A DNA stretch of 62,847 nucleotides, counting the filler, from Octopus bimaculoides (lineage: Eukaryota): the NCBI RefSeq assembly GCF_001194135.2. It is 6 parts of 5 records of this genome, joined end to end, with 100 filler letters (N's around TTAATTAATTAA, not from the genome) between each part and the next. Parts side by side here need not be neighbours in the genome. Positions count along the whole stretch, not along the records: positions 1 to 20,511 come from NC_069005.1; positions 20,612 to 43,665 come from NC_069008.1; 4 more parts are not named here. One strand, written 5' to 3'. Shown here piece after piece: positions 11,442-24,450 of this stretch. The translations under genes and the position numbers were made by a program. The notes beneath the pieces are model-generated. The model had not been told where the DNA came from. It saw only the letters and a list, made by a program, of their open reading frames with translations, and did no database searches. Every line of letters starts with the position of its first letter. Position 1 is the first letter of the stretch.

Positions 11442-13505
11442 CAGCAGCAGCAGTGCTAAATCCTCTGAGCATCAGGGTACCATCTGAAATCCAATCTGGG
11501 AGAACGTACTCATAGTCAATAACATTATTCCAGCATTAGCTGACAAATGCTAGAACGCAACCACAAATTTGGACTTGTACACATTATATCTAAGACCCGT
11601 AGTTGCCCGGAGGTTCTCTGCTAATTACAGGTATGATTTTCATTTAAGTGATGTGACCATAAATGTTCTTGGAAGGATTCTTGTTGAGGGAGACGGTGTG
11701 TGTTAGCAGAAATATTTCACTGATTGGTCACATACCCTCAGCAGCAGGATTCCCACTGAAATCCAGTCTACCAGGACCCATCCACGTGTATGGGCCTGTA
11801 CACAGTACATGTAGGGCTTACAGTTGCTAGAAGGTTCCCTGCTAATTACAAGCATGGCTTTCATTTACAGTGTGTGACCTTAAGGATTCTTGGAAGGATT
11901 GCTGTGGAGGGAGGTAATGTGAGTAAGCAGAAGTTTTTGACTGGTTGGCCACATAACTGCAGCAGCTGTGAGCAAGAAAGTTGCAGCAGGTGGAAATCAG
12001 CAAGGATAGTAACATCACCAACTGTGCATAGTTGTATAAGGCTCATAATATGATATAAGAGATACACGTATGTTTGACCCGCATACAACACAGAAACACA
12101 GCATGCAAAATGTACATGTATACACTTACATGCATTCACACATGCACACTGACGAACACTCACACACACATGGCTAGATGCAGAGATATATGTTTGTCTG
12201 TGTACGTATATATATATGTCGGGTTACTTTTAAGGTAGTTCCTGTGGAAGCCTCTTCATTCTAATTATGTATATAATTATATAATATTTATATATATATA
12301 TATAACATGTAAAAGAAAATGATAAATGCACACATACGCACATACCTATTTATGCATGTATATACATACACAAACCCACATAAAAGTATACTCATACGTT
12401 GTACTAGAGTGTGAATAGATCAATACTTAGATAGATGTAAGCATATAGATGGAGATATATAGATAAGTAGAATATACATAAATAAATATATAGCTAAGTA
12501 GATACATTTGTAGATAGGTTCCTAAATCACGTAGTCTAAATGTTACTGTTTAGAGCTCACGATGATAGAATTATTTAATTTCCATGTGGGAAAATGCCAG
12601 CACTGACCTCGCCAGACTCTCCAAATATTTTAATTCATAAACAGAAACAGTTGGGTGCAGGGGTTGCAAAAAAAATCATATTTTTTCAAATTTTTTTGTT
12701 TATAACAGAAATGTATTTATGAGGACAAAAATATCGAGAAACATCAATACATTCGAGATTGAGAAAGAAGCGAGAATGTTTGTCTTGGGATGTGCTTGAA
12801 ATAACGGGCAAATCTCCCTTAAATCACTTACTTTTCCCTCTGAAAATGTTAACAATTTTTTAATATTTTTTTTACCGAAATAGTTCCTCCCATGGTTTTG
12901 AAGTGCAAAATAATAAAAAAAAGGGGCCAAAATCAGTCGAGAGGGGAATGATGATGTATGGGGGCATCCCAAAAATTTTTAAAACTTTTATTCATAAAAA
13001 GATGTTCCCTACCCATATCATTTCCAAGGCTGTGGTTTCAAAATAAAGGACATTCCGAGTTGACAAAATGCATTTACCAGAATAGTGTACATTTTGATCA
13101 GAACAGAGAAATTTAGAGGTTAGCAGAGTTTTTCTTTAGCAAGCGGAAGGAATATTTGATTCCAAAGTGACCCTATCATCTATACTTCTAACAAGAGAGG
13201 AGGGTGCAGCTCCATTAGTCTGGATTTATCTGTTAAGGAGTTATTTAATATCTACCGGTAAGAAAATGATTTGTGGTTACGTCAACCGACTAAATTACCA
13301 AGGTGTATTCACAAGTCTCGGAATCTGCCCTTCGTAAATATTATGGACCGTATATTTAATAAAATGTAGATTTCAACTGAATCTTACTTATAGTAGCTAT
13401 GTTATATAGTACATAGGAACTTATAGGTGTTGATAAATTTATGGAGAAGATACATTTATACAAAAATGTATACAAATATACATACATATAGATAGACATA
13501 TACAC

Positions 13506-15806
13506 ACAAGGCTGAGTCAAAAGACTTTCGTATTTTAAGCTTTAATTAATAGTTTTCAAGCTTTAATTATGTACGAAAAGTATTGGATTCGTAAAAAAAT
13601 TTCGTAGCGTTTTACAATTAGTGATGTTCAATCACGTGATCTGTTTTCTCATGTGACAGGAACATATAACATACATTTTCTGAAAGAGGAGATCTCAACA
13701 CAATTTTCTAATTGAATTTTATGTGGATTATTTACTTCTATTGTTCTTACGATAAAATTTAAAATGAAGGAAAATGAAATACATTTTTGTCATTTAATGC
13801 TCTTTTATTTCCGGAAAGTTAAAACGCTGCAGAAGCAGCAAAGACGATATCTGCTGTTTATGGAAATGATGTCATAGGCGAAGTTAGTTTTAGTTAATGG
13901 TTTTTTTAGGTGTAGGAGGTAAAATTTTAACCTGTAAGAACCTGACCTTTCCGGCAGGCTTACAGTCGTAGATAATGAACAAATCAAGATTTTGATAAAA
14001 AATAATACATGTCACAGAACACGAAACATCGCGGAGATTCTTCACGTATCTCTTGCGAACGTTATAAAGCATTTAGAAACACTTGGTAACGTGAATCGCT
14101 CTGATGTGTGAGTGGCTCATAATTTAACGGAAAAATGATTTAATAGAGCGCATTTCCATTTGCGATTCTCTGCTCAGACAAAACAAAAATTATCTATTTT
14201 TGAAAAGAATGAACACGCGTGATGAGAAATGGATTATTTACAAGAAAATAAAACGAAAAATGTCCCGGAGAAAACGAGATGAACTGCATTCAATCTCTCC
14301 AAAAGCTGGCCTGTATCTGCAGCTTGGGTGAGACGTCCTACTCCACCCACTGTACTCACCTGACCTTGAACCTTCGGATTATCATTTATTCTGAACCCTA
14401 CAAAATGTATTTAATTGGGAAGGATTTTGATGCTTTAAAAGACTGTTAAAACCAATTAAACCAATTCGTGACCCAGAAGTTCTAGGAGGATAGGATCTTG
14501 AAGCTGCCTCAAAGATGGCGAAAGTTACTGGAACTAAATGGGAAATATGTAGTTGAGTAAAGGCATGCACAACTATCTAAATATTGTTAAAATATTTTAC
14601 TTAAAAAACGCTACGAACTTTCTTGCCAGGTCATATTATTTCATCAAAACTTTTCCCATCATATTCTATTATCTGTTGCCGTCGTTGTGTCAAAAACTCA
14701 ATCCCACGCTTATAAAATTTGGCTGGTTTACAGGCAAAAACTTTCCAGAACCCATTTCCAACGTCTTCCAAATTATTGGACTTCTGCTCGTGCAGGAAAT
14801 GTACCACAGCTGGGAAAAGATTGTAATCTGATGGTGCAAGCTCTGGAATGTAGGCATGGTGACGCAAAATTGCCAATCCCTCAAGTTCCTCAAGTTTGCG
14901 CTTGGTCACATCAGCAGTGTGTGCTGGGAAATTGTCATGTTGTAGGAGTGCGCGTTGTTAATTGACCAATACTGGGTAGTGAGTTTTCAAAGCATCGTAT
15001 GCAGTTGTTGAGCACAAATGTTAGTGTTCAGAGCATGCCCACCTGGGAGAAACTCAAAGTGCAACACCTGCCCTCTCGAAATTTCACCAAACACACAACG
15101 TGATCTGTTCAAAATGATTTTGTTCGTCAACAGGTTCTGAAACCTGCTCGGAACAAAGACACTGATTTCTGTACTCAAGATTATGAAAATACATCCATTT
15201 TTTAAACTCCAGTTACAAACCGAAATTAAAAGTCTCAAGAATTTGCCAGCAGTTGTTGTTCAGTTGTCAGTTCATGAGGAGATTTTCAGCAGCGTCTGTA
15301 CACAAGATCTATTTTATGGATGTGTCAGTGGAAGTGCTTTCCATAGGACTAAGTTTTGCTGTTGTTAAACCATTTCAAGCAAAGCCTCATCTTTCACAAC
15401 AGAAGGCCTTCCTAACCTTGGTTTGTCTTCATAGCCTTGGTTTGTATTCGAAGTTAGTGTCTCTCTCATTGAAACGTCTGAACGAATTTTGTACCACACT
15501 TTCGTTGGTAGCTCCTGAGTCTTCAACATCATTAATTTCTTTTACCTGCTGCACTTCCACTCAGTCCTTTCTTCTAGAGGTAGCGTAAAACGGCTCTAAT
15601 TGCAATTTTTTCACCACTCATAATCAAAGCTGTAAAATAAAGAATGAATAATCGCTGTTTATATATCATATATTAAGATAAAGAATAAATTATTCAGCAA
15701 CGATTTGAAAAGTTGTATCAAATTAATGATATAACATGGAGATAAAAGTTAAAAATCATCAATGAAAATCCGAAAAAAAACCAACTTTTGTCTGAACTTA
15801 GTTCAT
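13506..15806 (-). mobile_element. Decayed mariner (host element), interrupted by a second mariner
   Basis: Minus-strand fragments GEKIAIRAVLRY..KGLSGSAA (N-terminus, ~15.6 kb), FEFLPGGHALNTNICAQQL and HHAYIPELAPSDYNLF...EYDGKSFDEII. The short 3' end continues at 13506-13582. The terminal repeats are poorly conserved, so the ends are approximate. Confidence 0.75.
13583..14633 (+). mobile_element. Internally deleted, decayed mariner inserted at TA
   Basis: TIRs share TTCGTAGCGTTTT; flanking TA at 13581-82 and 14634-35. Transposase relics: MKENEIHFCHLMLFYFRK, RDEKWIIY and LYSPDLEPSDYHLF. Confidence 0.85.
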
Positions 15807-16695
15807 ACATATATAAATAGACATAATATAATATATATAAGATATATACATAAGATATAAACATGCGTGGAATTTAAATAACTTGATAGAGAAATCAGTA
15901 AGTAGAGAGAAAAATAGACAGAGAGTAGTTTTAACTAAGATAGATATAAGAGATGAATATAAAAATTGATAGGTAGATACTTTTACAAATAGATAGTTTG
16001 ACTGATATGTGGAGAGGTAAAATGCAGGTATAGTTGTAGAAAACAGAGAAACATTTTATAAAACAATATCGAAAATTAATAGGNNNNNNNNNNNNNNNNN
16101 NNNNNNNNNNNNNNNNNNNNNNNNNNNNNNNNNNNNNNNNNNNNNNNNNNNNNNNNNNNNNNNNNNNNNNNNNNNNNNNNNNNNNNNNNNNNNNNNNNNN
16201 NNNNNNNNNNNNNNNNNNNNNNNNNNNNNNNNNNNNNNNNNNNNNNNNNNNNNNNNNNNNNNNNNNNNNNNNNNNNNNNNNNNNNNNNNNNNNNNNNNNN
16301 NNNNNNNNNNNNNNNNNNNNNNNNNNNNNNNNNNNNNNNNNNNNNNNNNNNNNNNNNNNNNNNNNNNNNNNNNNNNNNNNNNNNNNNNNNNNNNNNNNNN
16401 NNNNNNNNNNNNNNNNNNNNNNNNNNNNNNNNNNNNNNNNNNNNNNNNNNNNNNNNNNNNNNNNNNNNNNNNNNNNNNNNNNNNNNNNNNNNNNNNNNNN
16501 NNNNNNNNNNNNNNNNNNNNNNNNNNNNNNNNNNNNATATATACATATATGTATGTGTGTGTGAGTGTGTGTGTGTTTGTGTGCGTGCGCGTACATATAC
16601 ATATGTATGCATATATGTATGCATATATGTATGCCTGTGAGTGAGTCTGTGTAAGATAAATATTTGTATATATACAAACATGTAAAGATATATTC

Positions 16696-16729
<34 letters not shown>

Positions 16730-17519
16730 ACACACACACACACATATATATGAAGCAGATGAAAACGGAAGCAAAACGAAAAGAAGCTAACTTAGATAAA
16801 GGAATTTGACGAGAGTATAAACCAAATATAGCAGCACAAGTCATTGCCTGAGGAAGAAACAGGAAACATGTTGAAGCTTTTCGTGGTTCTCTTATTTTCA
16901 TTGACATTAATAACTGAAGGGCATTGCTTCAAGTTTGACGTCAGTACTATAAAGATTCAAAGAAGCCAAGCAGGTTAGTGTATTCGTCAGTGGGTTAGTG
17001 TGATTGTGTATGTATTTATCAATTTCCATATATAAATACACATGCACACACACACACAGACACACACACACATATATAGTGTTTGTGGAGTGCTCAGCCA
17101 CTTGCACGTTAATTTCACTTATGTAAGGGGCTAGCTTTGAGAGTTGCATTTCCTCACGTTCGGTAAAGATGTGTTTATTATGGTAGTCTGACCTTAGAGT
17201 CTCTCTCAGCGTGAGGCATTCATGTATAGAAATGCCCTTATATAAATAAATATATTTTGGGGAATAAATGATGGATTTTTCCCTTAGGAGTCTTTTGTCA
17301 CGGTAGCTACTTCCTAAATTCTTATAGAAGAATTCATCCTATTATTAATTAAATACNNNNNNNNNNNNNNNNNNNNNNNNNNNTATGTATGTATGTTATA
17401 TATATATATATATATATATATAAACATACATACATACATACTTACGAACAAATATATACGTACATAGATACGTAGGCACATACATGCACACAGACAAAGA
17501 TACTGACACAGATAGACAC

Positions 17520-19209
17520 ACGCACAATATACGCGCTCACACACACATTAAGAAATTTGCTTCTCAACCACACGTTTCTCGGTTCAGTCCCACTGTGTGG
17601 CTCATTGGTGTTTTCAACTATAGCCTCGGATCGACCAAGGCCTTGTGAGTGAGTTTCGTAGACAGAAACTGAAAGAAGCCCGTCGTGTATATATAGATGT
17701 ATATATTTTTGTGTTTGTGATTCCCGCTACCATCGCTTGACAATCGACGTTGATGTGTTTACGTCCTCGTAACTTAGCGGTTCGGCAAAACGTGTCCGTT
17801 AGAATTATTAATAGGCTCACAAAGAATAAGATCTGGGTCGATGTCTTCGACTAAAAGGTGGCGCTCCAGCATAGCCACAGTCAAAATGACTGAAACATAT
17901 AGAAGAAAATATAGGACTACACATATAATATATGCATATATATATATATATATATTATGGGGCGTTAGCTCTTCATTAGATATCAACACTCCTCCACAGT
18001 ATCCAACTTGGAAGCAGCTTCAACTAACCGATATCGATTTTCTCCATGATATGACCCTTCACATTCCTTCAAACTCCTGTCGTCGTTAAGACCCAATAAT
18101 TTTCTTTCAAATTTAGCGAATAATTTTATATTAGATTTATCTTTGTCTTGCCATACCTCGGATGCATTCAAGTTGAAGCTTTTCAATTCTCTCATTAGTG
18201 TTATTAAGGGATGATTTTCTGGATACAGGTACAAATCAACGACCATGAACCTTTATTTGAAGCCAAGTACATCTCCATCATAACTTTTACCTTACATGAC
18301 TCTTCATGTCTCTCATAAATCGAGCATTTCCTCTCATTTCAGTAGTATTTTGTGGAGTAAAATCGTACCAGAAAACTCGAGTTGGGGATTGTTCTATCGT
18401 TATTGCAATATGTTTTAGCAACACGTATCTTGCTCTAAACCCGACTACACATACTGATAATTAATGCCATTTAGAAGGTTGCATCTTTTTGCCTCTGCAG
18501 ACACTGTTGTCTTATCATCTTTCGTATTCCTAGTCATAAAGAATCGGTTGTATGTTCATGTTGATTGTGATCTTAATGATGACGTTCATTGCTGTTAATG
18601 TACATCAGCATCGATAAAGATTTGGTAATACCACCATTCATATTCTTTCAGAGATAACTGCATTCTACTTAAAAATGTCTCCAATAATATTCATGTGCAT
18701 CTTCCAAAATGATGACAGTAGTGTTGCTCTGGTCCCAAGTTTTAATAATCTTCGACGATGGAAGCACATCTGAGACAGATAATAACATGGCTGTCTTCTT
18801 TTTCCACATCATCTTTCGCACAATTTCCTACATCTTCGAATAATACGAATGCTTCGTGTTATTTGCTGTGATTCTCTGCATGGTGACTTGAAATCGCGCC
18901 GTACTCAACTTTGCCTTTCATCCTCTGGACGGGTTAAGGTGGTCGATAATATTATTCCAATCTTTGGAAGTGGATTCTTGAAGCTGTTAGAAGTTCGCAC
19001 CGGATGGGGCTGAGGTATGAGTTGCAGCTATGTGTGTTCTGACAGTAACACTATCTATTAAACAGGTGTTTAGCTCTATTGGTCCACATTGGTGGTATTT
19101 CTTTAAAAAAATAAAAACTATATCTGGCGTAGAGGTAGGAGACTTTCATATATGTGCAACTGCACTTCTTCTTCATAGTATCTTACCGAAGACTGCACAT
19201 GCATACACA

Positions 19210-19243
<34 letters not shown>

Positions 19244-20197
19244 GATACACACACACACACACACTCACATACACTCATACACACATATATTTTATAATTA
19301 TATACATATTTATAACAAGTGATCGGCTTTACACCTCGCTACGCGCTGCAAGAAATAGACACTAAAGTTCCAATTACCAATTTTAAAATCTCCGAGAATA
19401 ACACACTATATTGTAGGCAATCAAAAGAAATATAAAGCCTCTACAAGGTTGGTTAACTGTGTATACGATTGAATTTCAAGCTTAAAGTAAAAATATTTTT
19501 TACCTACTGCTCTCATCAGCACAATACTCCATAGGATAGATTTATGAGTATCTCAAAATATGCATGCGGTCGGTGACATCGCATGACCAGTATCCATCTA
19601 CACTCGTAAAAATATACTGCCAAGTATAATTCGAATATTTCCTTTCTAAAAATGTGTAGTGTAATAAGATCTAGACAGCAGTAAATCCATTTTTGATCAG
19701 GGAGTCAATTTATTTAAATATTAATTTTAATAAAAGGGTAAAAGCAGTGATAATTTCAACAGGTATTTTCACACTGACTACCTGGTAAAATTATGATTAA
19801 TAAATATTTGAATATACATTCACACACACACACACCCACACACATAATATATATATATAATATATATATGCAGATGCATAATCAATATTGATTTACGAAT
19901 ATCTTACAAGTCTGTCTATATAGGAATGTTTTCTCTGTTTGTAGGTATGTATGTTTGCTATTCTTTACTATTGATTTAGTTTCTGATGTGCCTTTAGACG
20001 AAAAAAAAAAGATTTTAATGAATCTGTGTACATTTATATTTCATATCTTCGGGGACAGACTTGGTACTGAGCTGGCATACTTTTTAGCGCACCGTGCAAA
20101 ATGCTTAACGCCACCTCGTCCCCCTTTACTTCTGAGTTTAGATTCTGCTGAAGTCGAATCTGCCTTTCGTGGGTGGATAAAAGAAATACTAGTGGAN
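17520..20197. repeat. Segmental duplication, copy 2 (paralog of 120-3120); a third copy starts at 20297-20511
   Basis: Collinear with copy 1. The diagnostic SINE variant CAACCACACGTTTCTCGGTTCAGTC occurs at ~161, ~17566 and ~20310. Confidence 0.9.
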
Positions 20198-20511
20198 NNN
20201 NNNNNNNNNNNNNNNNNNNNNNNNNNNNNNNNNNNNNNNNNNNNNNNNNNNNNNNNNNNNNNNNNNNNNNNNNNNNNNNNNNNNNNNNNNNNNNNNGAAA
20301 TTTGCTTCTCAACCACACGTTTCTCGGTTCAGTCACATTGGGTGGGCATTTTCGACTATAGCCTCGGGCCGACCAATGCCTTGTGAGTGAGTTTCGTAGA
20401 CGGAAACTTAAAGAAGCTCGGCGTGTATATATTTGTGTGTTTGTGACTCCCGCCACCATCGCTTGACAACCGACGTTGATATGTTTTCGTCCCAGTAACT
20501 TAGCGTTTCGG

Positions 20512-20611
20512 NNNNNNNNNNNNNNNNNNNNNNNNNNNNNNNNNNNNNNNNNNNNTTAATTAATTAANNNNNNNNNNNNNNNNNNNNNNNNNNNNNNNNN
20601 NNNNNNNNNNN
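20512..20611. other. Artificial scaffold linker (44 N + TTAATTAATTAA + 44 N)
   Basis: Exactly 100 bp with stops in all six frames; identical at five sites. Confidence 0.95.
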
Positions 20612-22600
20612 TCTTTCAGAATTTGTCAAATTTCTGTTCCTTCTCATTTCAATGGAATTATTTTTTTCTTTTTGACGAATAATAAACCTATATAACTTAT
20701 TTACCATCTCAAAGTAAGGACACCATTTTGAGAAGACTTGGAGCTTATTATTGAGAAAAATGAGCATCGCTTAAGTTTGTGTAAAGTAATTTTTATTTCG
20801 ATGAACTGTTTCATAAAACTATAAAATGGAAGAAGATATCCTTACTACTAACAGAGATTGGTTTGTGTGTATATGTGTATACATATATATATAGATACAA
20901 ATATATACATATCAATATCCATATATACATATATGTATGTGTGTGTGTATTTTTATATGTACATATACATGCATAAATATATACATACATACACATGTAT
21001 ACTACGTACACATATACACACGCATGTGTGCATGTATAGCTACATCTATGTATGTGTGTGCGCGCGTGTATGTATGTACGCACGTATAATGTATCTGATG
21101 CACATTTATACCACACACACACACACACACACGTGTGTGTACGAGTGTAAGTATAGCTACATCTATATATAGATACATGTACGTATGTATATATGCGTGT
21201 ATGTTTGTATGTATTTACTTACGTATAATACATATACTTCAACTCTTTTACAAAAGCAATGAAAATTTAAACCTTTGTAGACATTCTGTTATTCCTGAAT
21301 CTAATTTCGATGAGGATCCCGTTTAAGGGAAGGAGTGAGAGTGAAAATAGAAGTGTAAGTGGGAGGGAAGCGCGAGTAAGTGTCACGTGACTTTCCGCGC
21401 AGACGACACCTTCTCAAAATTTGCAAAGGTTTTCAAGTGTCGACTATTAAACGAGAAAAGAGGCAACAAAGAATAAAAGTAAGCGTTTTATTTTATTCTT
21501 TTTCAGAATTTGTCAAATTTCTGTTCCTTCCCATTTCAAAGGAATTATTGTTTTTTCACTAGTATACAACTTTAACAGCTTATTTACGATCTCAAAGTAT
21601 TGAGGTGACTTGGAGCTTATTATTGAGTAAAATGAACGCCGCTTCAGTTTGTGTAAAGTAATTTTTATTTCGATGAAACTGTAAAATGGAAGAAGATATC
21701 ATTAATACATGTATATATGTGTGTATGTATGTATATATATATTTATATACACATACATGCATAAATATATACATACATACACATATGTATACTACGTACA
21801 CATATGTATACTATGTACACATATACACACGCATGTGTACGAGTGTATGTATAGCTACATATATATTTTTATGTATATATGCGTGTATGTATGAACATGT
21901 ACGTATACTTCAAGAGACTTAGTCTCCGTTTTACACGCTATTTAAAAATAAAAAAATTAACTTTTGTAGACATTTTGTTATTCCTGAATCTAATTTCGAT
22001 GAGGAACCCATGTAAGGGAAGGTGTGAGAGTGGAAGTGGGAGGGGAGCGCGAGTAAGTGTCACGTGACTTTCAGAGCAGACGACATCTTCTCAAAACTTG
22101 CAAAGGTTTTCAAGCGTCGAATATTAAACGAGAAAAGAGGCAACAAATAATAAAGGTAAGCATTTTATTTTATTCTTGTTCTTTTTCAGAATTTGTCAAA
22201 TTTCTGTTCCTTCTCATTTCAAAGGATTTATTTTATTTCTTTTTGACGAATAATAAACCTATATAACTTATTTACATTCTCTCAGTAAGTACACCATTTT
22301 GAGGTGACTTGGAGCTTATTATTGAGAAAAATGAGCATGGCTTAAGTTTGTGTAAAGTAATTTTTATTTCGATGAACTGTTTCATAAAACTATAAAATGG
22401 AAGAAGATATCCTCACTACTAACAGAGATTGGTTTGTGTGTATATGTGTATAGATACAAATATATACGTATGAATATGGATATATACATATATGTATGCA
22501 TGTATGTGTGTGTATATGTATGTTTGTATGAATGTATTTATGTGTGCATATGTATGAGTGTATTTCTCTATCTTTGTGTATACACACACACACATATGTA
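20612..22600 (+). repeat. Triplicated ~0.7-0.9 kb module containing promoter-like sequence
   Basis: TTCAGAATTTGTCAAATTTCTGTTCCTT...AAAATGGAAGAAGATATC occurs at ~20615, ~21503 and ~22186. The upstream part, with GTCACGTGAC, occurs at 21382 and 22059. Confidence 0.85.
21382..21391. promoter_or_regulatory. Palindromic E-box GTCACGTGAC (second copy at 22059-22068)
   Basis: A perfect 10-bp palindrome in a CpG-retaining patch (GCGCGAGTAAGTGTCACGTGACTTTCCGCGC), followed ~90 nt later by a donor-like AA|GTAAGC. Function is inferred only. Confidence 0.35.
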
Positions 22601-22888
22601 TGTATAGCTAGACTTTTGGAATCGTAGACTCACATAAATTTGGAATACCTCCCTCTTCCGCGAGATTTTTCATACATTTTATTTCAAAGAATCAATGATA
22701 AGCCTTAAAAACAATTTTTGTTTCTTAATCAAAACTTTTAAAATATTTATACAGGTCTCATAGTCTATTTGGCATCGCAACCGTCAATAGATTGAGATTT
22801 CTTTTCTTTTACATAATTTTTATTCATTTTCAATATTGTTACAACACTGAATAAGACTTTACTTAAAATTTTTACCACAATCATTAGT

Positions 22889-24136
22889 ATGGCAACCTCA
22901 AGCAGAAGATACCCTTACACAATCAGCTACAAGTTACAAGTGATTGAATATGCCAAACAGCAAAGTAACATGGCTGCAGAGAAGTATTCTGGAGCATCGG
23001 CAACTGAGAAACTGATCCGCAACTGGAAGAAACAGGAGGACCTGTTGAAGCCTGCATCAGATTGCAGTTAACTGGCTAGAAATGGAGCAAAACATGGAGG
23101 ATGGATAGTTGTGAAGAGAAATTTGAGTCTTGCACTAATCAATAAAAATGATTATTAATGAATCAAAAGTGAGCACAGTAGCACAAGGTTTGGATTATTT
23201 TTGTGGCACATCAAGCTGGTTTTACAGATTTATGAAGAGGCACGGACTGGCAATGGGAATGAAAACAAGAATAACACAAAAAGAATGCCTGAAGATTATG
23301 ATAACAAAGTAATCGAATTCCATAGGTTCAAGATTAGTGTAAGAAAAGAGACTGACTACGAATTAGGTCAGATCGGAAACATGGATGAGGTGTCATTAAC
23401 ATTTGATGTGGTATCAAATACAACAGGGGATATTAAAGAGTCCAAAACTGTAAGTGTAAAGACATCTGGACATGAGAAAACCCATTATACTGCGGTAATA
23501 TGTTGTGCTGATGGAACAAAACTGCCATCGCTGCTTATTTTCAAGAGGAACACTTTCCCAAAAGACACATGGAATTTTTGTTCACATCCACCCAAAAGAG
23601 TGTATGGATGAAAAGAGAGTGTGAAGTTATGGCTAGATACGGTCTGGTCAAGGCGTTTTGGTGGCCTCCTTAAAAAATCATCTCTTGTGTGGAACCAGTT
23701 TCGTGCCCACAAAACAAAGGCTATTAAAGAAAGGGTACAGAAATTGAAAACGAAAATGTCAGTGATCCCTAGTGGTTTAAGAAGCCAATTACAACCACTG
23801 GACATATCAATCAATAAGCCTTTTAAGGCATTTATAAAAGAAAAGTGGAATCAGTGGATGAGAGTTGATGACCATGACCTAATACTAACAGGTCATTTGA
23901 AAAGGTCAACAATTGCTCAGGTGTTCGAGTGGCTCCTGAAATCATGGAAATGTGACATCAATTATGCCTTAGATGGCACAGAAGATGACATTCTGTTTGA
24001 AGATAGTGACTCTTCAGACAATATTTACAACTCTGATGATTTTTCTGATTTTGGGGCTATGGATACCAGCAGTCAGTTTTCAGGATTTGAAGAGGGAAAT
24101 ATTTTCCTCATACTTGTACATCTGCACACTTTTTAA
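22889..24136 (+). pseudogene. Frameshifted pogo-family transposase, POGK/Passer-like (DD35D)
   Basis: Brinker-like N-terminus (RRYPYTISYKLQVIEYAK...EKLIRNWKKQ), CENP-B HTH relic (GTSSWFYRFMKRHG) and DDE_1 motifs (QIGNMDE, KTSGHEK, ADGTKLP, LVWNQFRAH, SQLQPLDISINKPFK). There are 35 residues between the second catalytic position (now N) and the third (D). The ORF is split over several frames. Confidence 0.85.
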
Positions 24137-24450
24137 TCTCTTTCCATCATAATTTAATTGTAACGTGTGGAATTTTTACAAATGGTAAAATATGTGATAT
24201 ATTTTCAGGATTTGAAGATTAAAATATGCCTTCTTATTTGTAATATTTAAATTGTGCAGATTTTAATCTCAGTTCTATTTTTATTTTGTTCTGTTTGGGA
24301 TGTTTGTGTGGGACTTCTGTAAATGGTAGCAATAAGCAAAATATTTTCAGGATTTTATGATTGTAATGTTTTATATTGTGTAGATTTTATTATAATCTTT
24401 ATTTTATTTTTATTTTGTTCTATTTGGGATGTCATGTTCAAGTAGTATTC

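Noticed and set aside
12550-13080. Possible DNA transposon or MITE remnant
   Set aside because: It looks like subterminal transposon sequence, but I could not identify matching TIRs or a TSD.
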